NCBI GenBank assembly: GCA_036338595.1
Contig: JAYZBV010000102.1
Location: 1 to 42,312, forward strand
DNA: 42,312 bases
Reading direction: 5' to 3'
Origin: Planctomycetota bacterium
GTDB lineage: Bacteria > Planctomycetota > UBA8108 > UBA1146
Position 1 is the stretch's first letter. Every line of letters starts with the position of its first letter. This document shows, piece by piece, positions 1 to 9,323 of this stretch. Made by a program: the position numbers and the translations under genes. Under the pieces are notes generated by a model. That model ran no database searches. It saw nothing but the letters and a program-made list of their open reading frames with translations, and was not told where the DNA came from.

Positions 1-28
1 ATGATTCCGGAGAAGGGCTCTGGATAGC

Positions 29-499
29 TTGCGAATACTCTCTGCACGGGAAACTGCCTGGTTCAACATCAGCCCCGACTCCACCTGGGATTCGATCCAG
101 CGCCTCGAGGACTGGCCGAGGTGGTGTGACGGCCTGATGGACGCGCGCTGGAGACTTGGCGAGCCGTGGACAGTGGGTTCCAGGTTTTCCCTCGACTGGG
201 GCGTCGCAACGGATTCTCCTCTGGCAGGGGGAGTAATTCTGGAGGTCGATGCGGCCCCGGCGGAGGAACAAGCTTCATTGCGGAGTATCTCCTGGGTTGC
301 TGGCATCGGGCCGGCCCGCAGTGAGGCGCGACTGATGGTCTTGCAGGACGGATCAGGCTCACTGGTCGAGTTCGTGACATCCTGGAAGGGCTGGGCATCG
401 CCACTGTTTCGAAATCGTGCATCCCGGTGTGCAAATCGACAGAGAGACTGGCTTGCCAGTCTCAGGGAAATCCTTGAACGGGTGGGTAGCAGCGGATGA
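29..499 (+). CDS. SRPBCC/polyketide cyclase (START-like) family protein
   Basis: 156-aa ORF with TTG start after GGAGAAGG. N-terminal 'SPDSTWDSIQRLEDWPRW' and C-terminal helix 'WLASLREILE' fit the SRPBCC pattern. Stop overlaps the next start (ATGA). Confidence 0.65.
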   Translation: MRILSARETAWFNISPDSTWDSIQRLEDWPRWCDGLMDARWRLGEPWTVGSRFSLDWGVATDSPLAGGVILEVDAAPAEEQASLRSISWVAGIGPARSEARLMVLQDGSGSLVEFVTSWKGWASPLFRNRASRCANRQRDWLASLREILERVGSSG

Positions 500-1887
500 C
501 CAGAGAAGCAACCCGGCTGAAAACGCTCTGGTACATGGGTGCCAAGACCAGACTGTGCGAGGAATTTCTCGACGGTGCAGTCCGGGACCTGCTATCACCA
601 GGGGGAACACTTCTGGACGCGTGTTGCGGAACAGCTGCAGTGGCGCGCTGGTTTGCCCCGGGTTACAGGATCCTCGCCAATGATTCGCAGCAGTTCTCCT
701 CTGTCATTGCCAGAGCTCATCTCGAAGGAGATGGAGAGTGGACTCAAGAACTGGATCGTCTGGATCCGCAACAGGATCTCGGACTTGCCATCAGCGAGAA
801 TCAGCGACTTCTCGACGAGCTGGTTCCGAAGGCACTGGAACTGGAAGATTCAATGCTCTCCCGGGTAATCGATGCGGTGACCGGGCCTGACGAGTCCCCA
901 GAAGTGCTGGATCGATACAGAGCTTTCGTCTCGGAAGCACCTCTCCCTGATGGGTCAGTTTCTGACAAGAAGTTCTCATCGCTTCACCAACCGCTCGCCA
1001 GGCGAATGCCGGAATTGCTGGAGCAGCGGATGCAGGATCCTGGTAAGGCTCCAGCGCTGATGTGCACGGCGTACTGGGCTCATGTTTACTTCGGGATCCG
1101 TCAGGCTACGCGGATCGATTCGATCCGCCATGCGATCGATCAGATTCCCATCGATGACCCGCATTGCTGCCGTAAGAAGACACTCTATCTGGCGGCACTC
1201 CTGCACGCAGTTTCAGTCAGCACATCCGGAACCAGCCACTTCGCCCAACCTCGATCCATCGCAAGGGATTCGGAACTGGTTGCGGTAGTAAAGCGCCGCA
1301 TGGTCGACATCGATGATCAATTTGAACTCGCCCTCGATGCGATCCGTACAGAATGGTTAGAGTCACCGAGACTCGATGGGAACAAGGTTTACTGTTCTGA
1401 CATCCACAGGCTGCTCGAGGCTGGTAGTCCACTGGACGAGGAAGATGTGGACCTTGTCTACCTCGATCCTCCTTACACCGCCGATAACTATTCTCGCTTT
1501 TATCATGTGCTGGAAACTCTCGTGGAGTACGACTATCCGCAGCTGCAGACCAAGGGAGGCGAGTTGACGCGAGGGCGGTATCCAGGCCAGGAGAAGAGAT
1601 TTACTTCCGACTTTTGCAGCAGCGTCAGGGCAGAGGATGCTTTTCGCAGTGTCGCCAGGTCCACCAAGGAGCGTGGTGCCAGTCTGCTGATCTCGTACTC
1701 CACCGATACAGGATTGTTGACTCGAAAGTGGAAAAAATCGGGAGACGAAAATCCCGCCCGTCGTTTTCGAGAGTTGCTTCTTGAATATTTCAGCAGTGTC
1801 GAGATCCGAGAAAAGGCCCTGATGCATTCCGGTCAGGGGGATTCGAACCGATCGGTTCGAGAACTCCTGTTGCTCTGCGAGGATTGA
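496..1887 (+). CDS. N6-adenine DNA methyltransferase (D12/alpha class), copy 1
   Basis: Motif X 'WYMGAKTRL', motif I variant 'LDACCGTAAV', motif II 'ANDSQ', catalytic motif IV 'VYLDPPY...YSRFYHVLETL'. Confidence 0.9.
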   Translation: MTREATRLKTLWYMGAKTRLCEEFLDGAVRDLLSPGGTLLDACCGTAAVARWFAPGYRILANDSQQFSSVIARAHLEGDGEWTQELDRLDPQQDLGLAISENQRLLDELVPKALELEDSMLSRVIDAVTGPDESPEVLDRYRAFVSEAPLPDGSVSDKKFSSLHQPLARRMPELLEQRMQDPGKAPALMCTAYWAHVYFGIRQATRIDSIRHAIDQIPIDDPHCCRKKTLYLAALLHAVSVSTSGTSHFAQPRSIARDSELVAVVKRRMVDIDDQFELALDAIRTEWLESPRLDGNKVYCSDIHRLLEAGSPLDEEDVDLVYLDPPYTADNYSRFYHVLETLVEYDYPQLQTKGGELTRGRYPGQEKRFTSDFCSSVRAEDAFRSVARSTKERGASLLISYSTDTGLLTRKWKKSGDENPARRFRELLLEYFSSVEIREKALMHSGQGDSNRSVRELLLLCED

Positions 1888-1888
1888 A

Positions 1889-3085
1889 TTGCGCTGGCTT
1901 GGTAACAAGACTCCGCTGCTGGAAGAGATATTGCGCGCTGCAGAGCGCGCTGGATTTCAGGGCGGTACCGTATGTGACCTCTTTGCAGGAAGTGGTGCGG
2001 TGGGGCGTTTCTTCCGGTCGAGGGGGTTTCATGTCGTTTCCACTGACCTGATGCACTGCTCCCTGGCCTTTCAGAAGGTGTATCTGGAGTGCCCGGGTCC
2101 ACCGTCTTTTCCTGGTGTTCAACAATTCTGGGACCAGCTGGAGCCAGCCGATGTCAGCAGGATTCACGATGCAGAGCCAAAAGACACTGCATCGTGGATT
2201 CCGTTTCTGAAGCTCATCCGATACCTCGAGGAGGCACTTCCAGCAAAAGAGGGAATCCTGGTCAGGCAATTTTCCCCCGCTGGTGCGGCAGGTAGAGGCT
2301 ACCTGACCCCGGAAAACGCAGCGCGTCTCGATGCGATCATCCATCAGATTCGCTCATGGCGTATCTCGGGTCTGCTCGATGAGTCAGAGATCTGGTTACT
2401 GATCGTCAGCGTCATCGATGCGGCGGATCGGGTCGCCAACATCTCAGGAACCTATGGGGCGTATCTCAAGAGCTGGCAGCAGAACTCACTCCATGACCTG
2501 AAACTGCGCATTCCGTCCACCGTCGAGGGCCCGGTTGGACAGGCCCATCGATGTGACGCCAGCGATTGGATCGAGCAAGTGGAGTGTGATCTTCTTTACA
2601 TTGACCCGCCTTATAATCAACGACAATACGGTGCCAATTATCACCTCCCCGAAGTCCTGTCCTTGTTGCCGATGGAAGAATCCGATGATGCCATCGAAGC
2701 GCAACTGTACGGAAAGACGGGTCTATTGCCCTGGAAGGATGTGGCATCGCCTCTATGTAGCCGGCGCGGTACCGAGTGTCTGGATTCGATGGAGAGAGTC
2801 ATCGAGAGAGCTCGAGCCAGAGGAATAGTGTTCTCGTACAGTGAGGAAGGCATCCTATCGAGGGACCAGATCGAGCAGATGCTGTTCAGGTGGGCCGTGC
2901 CAGAGCACGAGAGCGATCCCCCGGTGGCAGCCGAGACGGATATTCTCCACGAGATCCCCTATCGAAGATTCAAGAGCGATCGGAGTGGCTCAGCGCGCAA
3001 TTTTCGTCCAGCAGCAGGCCGAACTGAAGACGAGGTTCACGAGTGGCTCTTCGCCATCCGCAGGGTTCAGGAGCAGCCGGGGTAG
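1889..3085 (+). CDS. N6-adenine DNA methyltransferase (M.NlaIII / M.FokI N-domain-like), copy 2
   Basis: 'RWLGNKTPL', 'CDLFAGSGAVG', 'LYIDPPYNQRQYGANYHL', 'YGKTGL', 'FSYSEEG'. TTG start lies 1 nt after the upstream stop. Confidence 0.92.
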   Translation: MRWLGNKTPLLEEILRAAERAGFQGGTVCDLFAGSGAVGRFFRSRGFHVVSTDLMHCSLAFQKVYLECPGPPSFPGVQQFWDQLEPADVSRIHDAEPKDTASWIPFLKLIRYLEEALPAKEGILVRQFSPAGAAGRGYLTPENAARLDAIIHQIRSWRISGLLDESEIWLLIVSVIDAADRVANISGTYGAYLKSWQQNSLHDLKLRIPSTVEGPVGQAHRCDASDWIEQVECDLLYIDPPYNQRQYGANYHLPEVLSLLPMEESDDAIEAQLYGKTGLLPWKDVASPLCSRRGTECLDSMERVIERARARGIVFSYSEEGILSRDQIEQMLFRWAVPEHESDPPVAAETDILHEIPYRRFKSDRSGSARNFRPAAGRTEDEVHEWLFAIRRVQEQPG

Positions 3086-3168
3086 TTGCCTGCTGGCTGT
3101 TGCTAGATGTGATAAAGGAGCGGATAAGGCCAATAGCAGGCCGATAGAGCGGTTTCTGCGCCTTGAAA

Positions 3169-3196
3169 TTGTCATTCCAGTCACATTTGGTATCTT
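3169..3196 (+). promoter_or_regulatory. Candidate sigma70 promoter for the protease pair
   Basis: TTGTCA-16 nt-TATCTT with a TGn extension, inside an AT-rich intergenic stretch. Confidence 0.3.
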
Positions 3197-3394
3197 TGGG
3201 ACAAACCCTTACTATCGGCCCTCAGTTGTGTACCATTACATGGTTAATGTACGGCACATATGGTCATTACAAGCGGTTCTTTGTTATGACTCTGGTGCGG
3301 TGCGTCTATTACACATTTGAGCGGCCAGGAGCAACGGGATCAGGCAGCGAGGAAGCTGATTATTTCTGATTCTGCATCATGGAGATGCCACGTT

Positions 3395-6214
3395 ATGACA
3401 GGTTCGGACTTGAATTACCGGTCGCTTTCACCACTTCCCCCAATTGTCTGCAAGAGGACCTGCATCCGAACTGCAACGATGATCTTCATCGTGAGTCTGT
3501 TCGCTCAGATAGCTGCCCCCCTGTACCCGGCTGATATTTACGATGGGAGTCGGCGTGGGCCAGCGATGGAGACTGTTCAGGGAGCCCTCACGAGGGACCT
3601 TGAATCGGTGCTGGGAGATGAAACCGCTGCCACCATGACCCTTTCATGGGTTCGCCAGCCCTCAGAGAACAGGGTATTTGCAGGATGGGTACAGGAGATC
3701 GATGGGATTCCGGTTCGTGGAGGCTTGGGCCGAAGCATGGCTCTCAAGGATCCGATGACGGGTCAATGGTCAGTCACCTACCGAGCGTTCAGATATTCAG
3801 TTCCTGAAGAAGTTCCGCAGCCGGTGCTCGAATCTGGGGCTGCGCTGGAGATCGCCAGTGTAGGCCACTCGAAACGACAGTGGTCTATTCCGCGACTGGA
3901 ACTCGCTCCTGGAAAAGATGGCGATCCGACCCTGTGCTGGGTCATCGATGGCACATCGACCATCCCGGGACATCACAGTAGCATCCGGATCGATGTCGAT
4001 GCCCGTATCGGGTTGGTGGTCGCTGTCGAGGAGCAGATCTGTGAGATCGACATTCCAGGGTCCGTGGACACCTTCCGGACCGAGGGAACGGGTCCTCCGG
4101 CTACCACCACAACGGTGAGCTTTCCCCTCGGGGGTGCACAGGTCAGCGGAGCGGGAGTCAGCACCATTACTGCTCCCGATGGTTCCTTCTTGCTTGCTAA
4201 CGTGCCCGATAGCAACTTCACCGTGCTGGCAGGCTTGCAAGGAGAGTGGGGGCTGATCAGCAGCGCCATCCCACCCGATGTCGTGGACTCTGCCGCAGCA
4301 GATCCCGCTGGCGTGTCGCTGGTCATCAACGATCCACCCACCATCGATGGTACGGCTCAGGCAAATGCGTTTCATTACATGGATCAAGGGGTTCGATTTT
4401 TTGTTGAATCCCCCGGTGGCTTCCCGGCAATGGTGACACCGGTCACCGCCACCACATCTCTTGCAGGCAGCTGCAACGCCTTCTATGACCCAGCTCTGAC
4501 GATGCTACGTTTCCTCAGGGCTGGAGGAGGATGCGTGAATAGCGCCTATTCCTCGGTGGTGCTGCACGAATTTGGCCACCATGTGGTCGCATCCCTGGGG
4601 CTGGCGCAGCAGGCTTTTGGTGAGGGGTACGGCGATTCCCTATCGGTGATATTACTGGGCGAAGGAATCATCGGCAGGGATTTCAGTGGTCCGGGAACTT
4701 CCGTCCGCAATATTCAGAATTCCGGCGTGACGATCCCCTGTTCCGGGGGCATACACTTCTGTGGCCAGGCCCTGGCAGGATTCTGGTTTGACCTGCGGGA
4801 GACGATGATTTCGCAACTTGGACCGAGCGAAGGCGCGGCCATGATGAGGGAACTGTTCGTGGACTGGAGTAGTTTGACCCTGGGTGCTTCCGGTTCGCAG
4901 CCCTTCCATTTCAATATGCTCACGGAGATTCTCACCGTCGATGACACCGATGGGACTCTGGCCAATGGATCCCCGAACTTCGGTGCGATCTGTGCTGCAG
5001 CCCTGGCCCATGGCGTGGTGTGTCCAGAGTTGACGACCCTGGTCTTGACCCTGGAGGTTGGACCAGGCGAAGCAGTTCCTCCATCACCAGCGATCCCGGT
5101 CAGGGTGCTTGTTGAAGAGATCCTTGCCAGCCCTTTGCCCAACGGTGCCACTGTAATTTATCGCTTTGAAGGAGGGCCGTGGCAATCGTTCCTGCTGGTC
5201 GAGACAACGCCAGCGATCTATGAGGGTAATTTCCCACCAACAGCCTGCCTGGATTCCTTCGAATGGTTCGTCAGTATTCAGGACGATGCTGGAATCACCA
5301 CCACGCTTCCTCCCGATGCCGTCACACTTCCCTACTCGACCGTTGTCGTGACAGAGATCACCACGACGATGCAGGAAACCATCGCTCAGGATCCCGGCTG
5401 GAGCATCGCTGAGCCTGACGATACGGCGACTGCTGGAAGATGGGAGTGGGGGGATCCCTACGCTTCCGTTGCACAGCCGAGCGCAGGTGTCCCGGGACCG
5501 CAGGGGGACCTGACCTGCTACATGACGGGGCTCGGCGGAATCGGTCAATCACAGGGTGCTCACGATGTAGACGGAGGGGATACGACCCTCACCAGCACCT
5601 CATTTCCGATTCAGAATAGTGGCCTGCACAGGGTTTCATACTGGCGCTGGTTTTCAAATGCGACCTCTGTCACGACACCGGACGATTCACTATTTGTCTA
5701 CAGAAGCCTCGATGAAGGAACTTCCTGGCAGCTGGTCGAGGAGATTGGCAGAGGCCATCCGGAGGCTCTTGGAGGCTGGTACGAGAGTTCCTTCTGGATC
5801 CCCGAGGGGAGTTCTCCGACAGGGAGCGTGATGTTGCGTTTCCACACTGGCGACGAGGGTGCTGGCAATGTGGTCGAGGCGGGAGTGGACCTGATCTTGA
5901 TCGAGCAATTGACCTGTTCTGGAACGCCGCCACCTCCCGTTGCCGAGAACGATTTCATCAGAGGAGATTGCAATGTGGACGGCAACCGCGATCTCAGCGA
6001 TGCGATTCAGATGCTGGATGTTCTCTTTGGCAGTGGCACCGACTATCCCTGTGAGGATGCCTGCGATATCGATGACGGCGGGCAGGTGAATCTCGCCGAT
6101 GTGATCGGGTTCTTGAATGAACTGTTTCTGGGAGGACCGGGAAGTTCAACGGCCTGCGGCGCCGACACCACCTCAGATACCATAGGGTGTGAACAGGGGC
6201 TGATCTGTCCCTGA
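3395..6214 (+). CDS. Secreted M36/M4-like (gluzincin) zinc metalloprotease with propeptide, beta-sandwich domain and C-terminal dockerin-like module
   Basis: HEFGH plus downstream 'GEGYGD' third ligand. FTP/PepSY-like propeptide ('QEIDGIPV', 'VDARIG'). Hydrophobic N-terminus. C-terminal 'FIRGDCNVDG...CP'. Start placed at ATG 3395 after GGAG; the ORF track starts at 3317. Confidence 0.8.
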   Translation: MTGSDLNYRSLSPLPPIVCKRTCIRTATMIFIVSLFAQIAAPLYPADIYDGSRRGPAMETVQGALTRDLESVLGDETAATMTLSWVRQPSENRVFAGWVQEIDGIPVRGGLGRSMALKDPMTGQWSVTYRAFRYSVPEEVPQPVLESGAALEIASVGHSKRQWSIPRLELAPGKDGDPTLCWVIDGTSTIPGHHSSIRIDVDARIGLVVAVEEQICEIDIPGSVDTFRTEGTGPPATTTTVSFPLGGAQVSGAGVSTITAPDGSFLLANVPDSNFTVLAGLQGEWGLISSAIPPDVVDSAAADPAGVSLVINDPPTIDGTAQANAFHYMDQGVRFFVESPGGFPAMVTPVTATTSLAGSCNAFYDPALTMLRFLRAGGGCVNSAYSSVVLHEFGHHVVASLGLAQQAFGEGYGDSLSVILLGEGIIGRDFSGPGTSVRNIQNSGVTIPCSGGIHFCGQALAGFWFDLRETMISQLGPSEGAAMMRELFVDWSSLTLGASGSQPFHFNMLTEILTVDDTDGTLANGSPNFGAICAAALAHGVVCPELTTLVLTLEVGPGEAVPPSPAIPVRVLVEEILASPLPNGATVIYRFEGGPWQSFLLVETTPAIYEGNFPPTACLDSFEWFVSIQDDAGITTTLPPDAVTLPYSTVVVTEITTTMQETIAQDPGWSIAEPDDTATAGRWEWGDPYASVAQPSAGVPGPQGDLTCYMTGLGGIGQSQGAHDVDGGDTTLTSTSFPIQNSGLHRVSYWRWFSNATSVTTPDDSLFVYRSLDEGTSWQLVEEIGRGHPEALGGWYESSFWIPEGSSPTGSVMLRFHTGDEGAGNVVEAGVDLILIEQLTCSGTPPPPVAENDFIRGDCNVDGNRDLSDAIQMLDVLFGSGTDYPCEDACDIDDGGQVNLADVIGFLNELFLGGPGSSTACGADTTSDTIGCEQGLICP

Positions 6215-6425
6215 TCCTGTCGCAGTTCGAATTGAGAAGGTCGATGATGGCGCCCCCCTCGTCATCTCCCATCCGGTGAGAGCCCACTCGCTGACCCAGG
6301 CTTCATGGAATATGATGAACACGGGTATCTTGCCATCGAGCAGTTGCATGGATTTCACCGATTCTGGCAAGAGGATCCATCATGGAAATCAGGCGTGATC
6401 CGAACATCTCATCAGGGGGAGTTTG

Positions 6426-9323
6426 ATGTCAAAAATGCATTGTTGGTGGCTCTCCGGGGCACTTCTCATTCTCCTGGGTTCCCCGGTATCCGATCTGGTG
6501 GCGCAGGAATGGTCGGATCGCCCATACGAGCAGGAGATCACCTCGGCGCTTGCCAGTTTCTCAGAGCAGTATCCGGCGGTCAGGCAACACCGGGACAGAC
6601 TGGGAAGAACCTATCTCTTTGGGGCCCCCATCACCCGCGGTGTTAGCGAACTGGATGCGGTGCAACTGTTCTTGCAGCAGAACGCGCCATTGTTTGGCAT
6701 CTACAACAGCGATCTGGAATTGATCTATGAGACGGAGTTGCTCGACCAGGCAGCCACGGTTTTTGCATATCGTCAGATGATAGACGGTGTGCCGGTTGAG
6801 TTTTCAGCGTTCCGCATCCTGGTCAGGCCGGACCTGATCACAGGGGATCATGTGGTTGTCTACGCAGCCGGCCATCTGGCACTACAACCACTGAGAGGGT
6901 ATGCACCGGTCCAGTTGACACCTGAACAGGCGACCAACATTGCACGTAGAGAACTGCCTGAAATCGATTCTTCCCTGTGGTCACACGGCGATCTGGTGAT
7001 CCAGGCGAGTGCGAATCTGGGTATCGATTCTCGACTCGTCTATCGGGTCAAGGCGATCGATCCCGCGCGTGCCATTGATTTGAGTGTGATCATCGACCCG
7101 GAAACAGGACAGCTGATCGAGATCCGCGACGACATCATTCATGTGGATGTAGAGGGAGTGGTGCGCGGCAGGATCAGCCAGAATAATCGCCCCGATACCG
7201 CCTCCAATCCTGCTGTAGAGCAGGGAGTGGGAGCCGTCCCCGTCTCCATCTCAGGAAGTGGATCCACCCACTCTGCACTCGATGGTTCTTTCACCTGTCC
7301 CCATGGCGGCACAGCCCCGGTGAATCTGGGATCATCACTGGTAGGAACCTGGGTCAGGGTTGAAAACGATGCTGCAGTCAATCTCACGGTGACCACTCCA
7401 GCAACTCCTCCAGGGCCAGCGACTGTACAGTTGAATCCGGTTTCAGATCCGCTGATCCAGGCGCAGGTGAATGCTTTTCATTACACCAATATCACTCACG
7501 ATTTCATCAGAGACCGGACCGCCTCTGGTATTGCTGGTATCGATGTGCCGATCCAGTGCAACGTCAACATCTTGGATACGTGCAATGCATTCTTCAGTCC
7601 TGGCGCACAGAGCATCAACTTCTACCAGGCGGGAGGTGGCTGCGTGAATACAGCTTACTCCAGCGTTGTTTCTCACGAGTATGGACACTTCATTGTTGAC
7701 CGCCTTGGGCTGGGACAGGGGGGATTCGGTGAGGGGTACGGGGATCTGATGAGTATGCTCATCTACGACGACCCCATCATCGGCCACGACTTCGCAGGAC
7801 CGGGAACTCAGGTGAGAAATCCTGTAGCTGCCAACATCCAGTACCCCTGCCCGTCGAGTTCGGTTCACACATGTGGCCAGATTCTTGGAGCCTGTTTCTG
7901 GAAAATTCGCGAAAACTTTGGCGCTGTTTTCGGATCAGCAGAGGGCCTGACTCAGGCGCAGCAACTGTTCGTGGACTGGAGCCTGGTCACTCTGGGTGGT
8001 TCTGGAGACTCCAGTGCTCACCCACAAACAGTGATCGAGGTGCTCACTGTCGATGATGACGACACCACTCTCGATAACGGAACACCCAACTTCACCGAGA
8101 TCTGCGCAGCATTTGAAGAACACTCGATCAGTTGTCCGATTTCCCCCGCTCTCCTGATCTCCGTCCCGATCGGGCTCCCCGGATTCATTCAACCCCAGAC
8201 CGAACAGTCGGTCCGGCTTCAGGTCCTGGCGGGGACGCAGGAACCAGATCCGAGTTCAGGGCAGATGTTCCTTCGCCAGGGGCCGGGGCCCTTCACCCCG
8301 TACCCGGTAGAACTGATCTCTCCCGACGAGTATGAGTCCATCATTCCAGGTATTCCGTGTGGCGAGATGGTCGAATACTACTTCAGCTTTGGTGACCTCT
8401 CGGGCGGAGTTCACACGGCACCCCCTGCGGGTGCGACAGCCGCGTTCACGGCCCCCGTGCTGACAGAGCAGTTGATCCTGATCGAGGACCCGTTCGAAGA
8501 TGACCTGGGTTGGACTGTCGGTGCGCCTTCGGATACGGCGACGACCGGTGTCTGGACCAGGGTGACGCCGATCGGAACCGTCGCGGCACCCGGTGCGGAC
8601 CACTCCAATTCGGGTAGCCAGTGCTGGGTGACTGGCCAGGGATCGGTCGGAGGCTCGCAGGGAGAGAATGATGTCGATGGCGGTCCCACCACCTTGTTTT
8701 CACCGATTCTCGATCTGACAGCCGCTTCCTCTTCAGGATCGACCGCATATTCGATCGAGTACTGGCGCTGGTATGTCAACGGTACCGGTGCGACGCCTTA
8801 TACCGATCCCTTCATCGTTGCGATCAGCAGTGATCTGGTGAACTGGGTCACAGTGGAGCAGGTGGGGCCACAGAACGGCCCGGACACCAATGGCGGCTGG
8901 ATCCGGCACTCCTTCGATCCGTCTGATCTGGTGTCCCTCACCAGCACGGTCCAGTTGCGATTCGTCGCTGCGGATCTCAATGATGGGTCGATTGTCGAGG
9001 CAGGAATCGACGACTTCTTGGTTCAGTCCAATACCTGTGAAGATGGACCTACATTCAGAAGGGGAGATCCCAACGGAGACGGAGGCACAGATATCTCCGA
9101 TACGGTGGCGATCTTGCAGTACCTGTTCGCAAGTGCCACGCTCGACTGTCTCGATGCTGCAGACATCTTTGATACCGGTACGATCAACATCTCCGATGCC
9201 ATCGCACTGGTCACTTTCCTGTTTGCAAATGGAGATGCTCCCGCTGAGCCATTTCCGGCCTGTGGCGTTGATCCTGGAAGCGACACTCTGGACGAGTGTA
9301 TCGGTGCAGGATCCTGCCCCTAG
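6426..9323 (+). CDS. Secreted M36/M4-like zinc metalloprotease, paralog of the upstream gene, with C-terminal dockerin-like module
   Basis: Signal peptide, 'YRQMIDGVPV', 'IIDPETG', HEYGH...GEGYGD, and 'FRRGDPNGDG...CP'. RBS GGGGGAG. Confidence 0.82.
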   Translation: MSKMHCWWLSGALLILLGSPVSDLVAQEWSDRPYEQEITSALASFSEQYPAVRQHRDRLGRTYLFGAPITRGVSELDAVQLFLQQNAPLFGIYNSDLELIYETELLDQAATVFAYRQMIDGVPVEFSAFRILVRPDLITGDHVVVYAAGHLALQPLRGYAPVQLTPEQATNIARRELPEIDSSLWSHGDLVIQASANLGIDSRLVYRVKAIDPARAIDLSVIIDPETGQLIEIRDDIIHVDVEGVVRGRISQNNRPDTASNPAVEQGVGAVPVSISGSGSTHSALDGSFTCPHGGTAPVNLGSSLVGTWVRVENDAAVNLTVTTPATPPGPATVQLNPVSDPLIQAQVNAFHYTNITHDFIRDRTASGIAGIDVPIQCNVNILDTCNAFFSPGAQSINFYQAGGGCVNTAYSSVVSHEYGHFIVDRLGLGQGGFGEGYGDLMSMLIYDDPIIGHDFAGPGTQVRNPVAANIQYPCPSSSVHTCGQILGACFWKIRENFGAVFGSAEGLTQAQQLFVDWSLVTLGGSGDSSAHPQTVIEVLTVDDDDTTLDNGTPNFTEICAAFEEHSISCPISPALLISVPIGLPGFIQPQTEQSVRLQVLAGTQEPDPSSGQMFLRQGPGPFTPYPVELISPDEYESIIPGIPCGEMVEYYFSFGDLSGGVHTAPPAGATAAFTAPVLTEQLILIEDPFEDDLGWTVGAPSDTATTGVWTRVTPIGTVAAPGADHSNSGSQCWVTGQGSVGGSQGENDVDGGPTTLFSPILDLTAASSSGSTAYSIEYWRWYVNGTGATPYTDPFIVAISSDLVNWVTVEQVGPQNGPDTNGGWIRHSFDPSDLVSLTSTVQLRFVAADLNDGSIVEAGIDDFLVQSNTCEDGPTFRRGDPNGDGGTDISDTVAILQYLFASATLDCLDAADIFDTGTINISDAIALVTFLFANGDAPAEPFPACGVDPGSDTLDECIGAGSCP

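Noticed and set aside
1..27. Short reading frame ending in TAG at 25-27, possibly the tail of an upstream gene
   Set aside because: Only 8 codons are visible, so it cannot be assigned.
2841..3320. 159-aa ORF after the MTases as a possible restriction endonuclease
   Set aside because: Half of it overlaps MTase 2 out of frame. It has no PD-(D/E)xK or HNH motif, and the remainder looks like promoter DNA.
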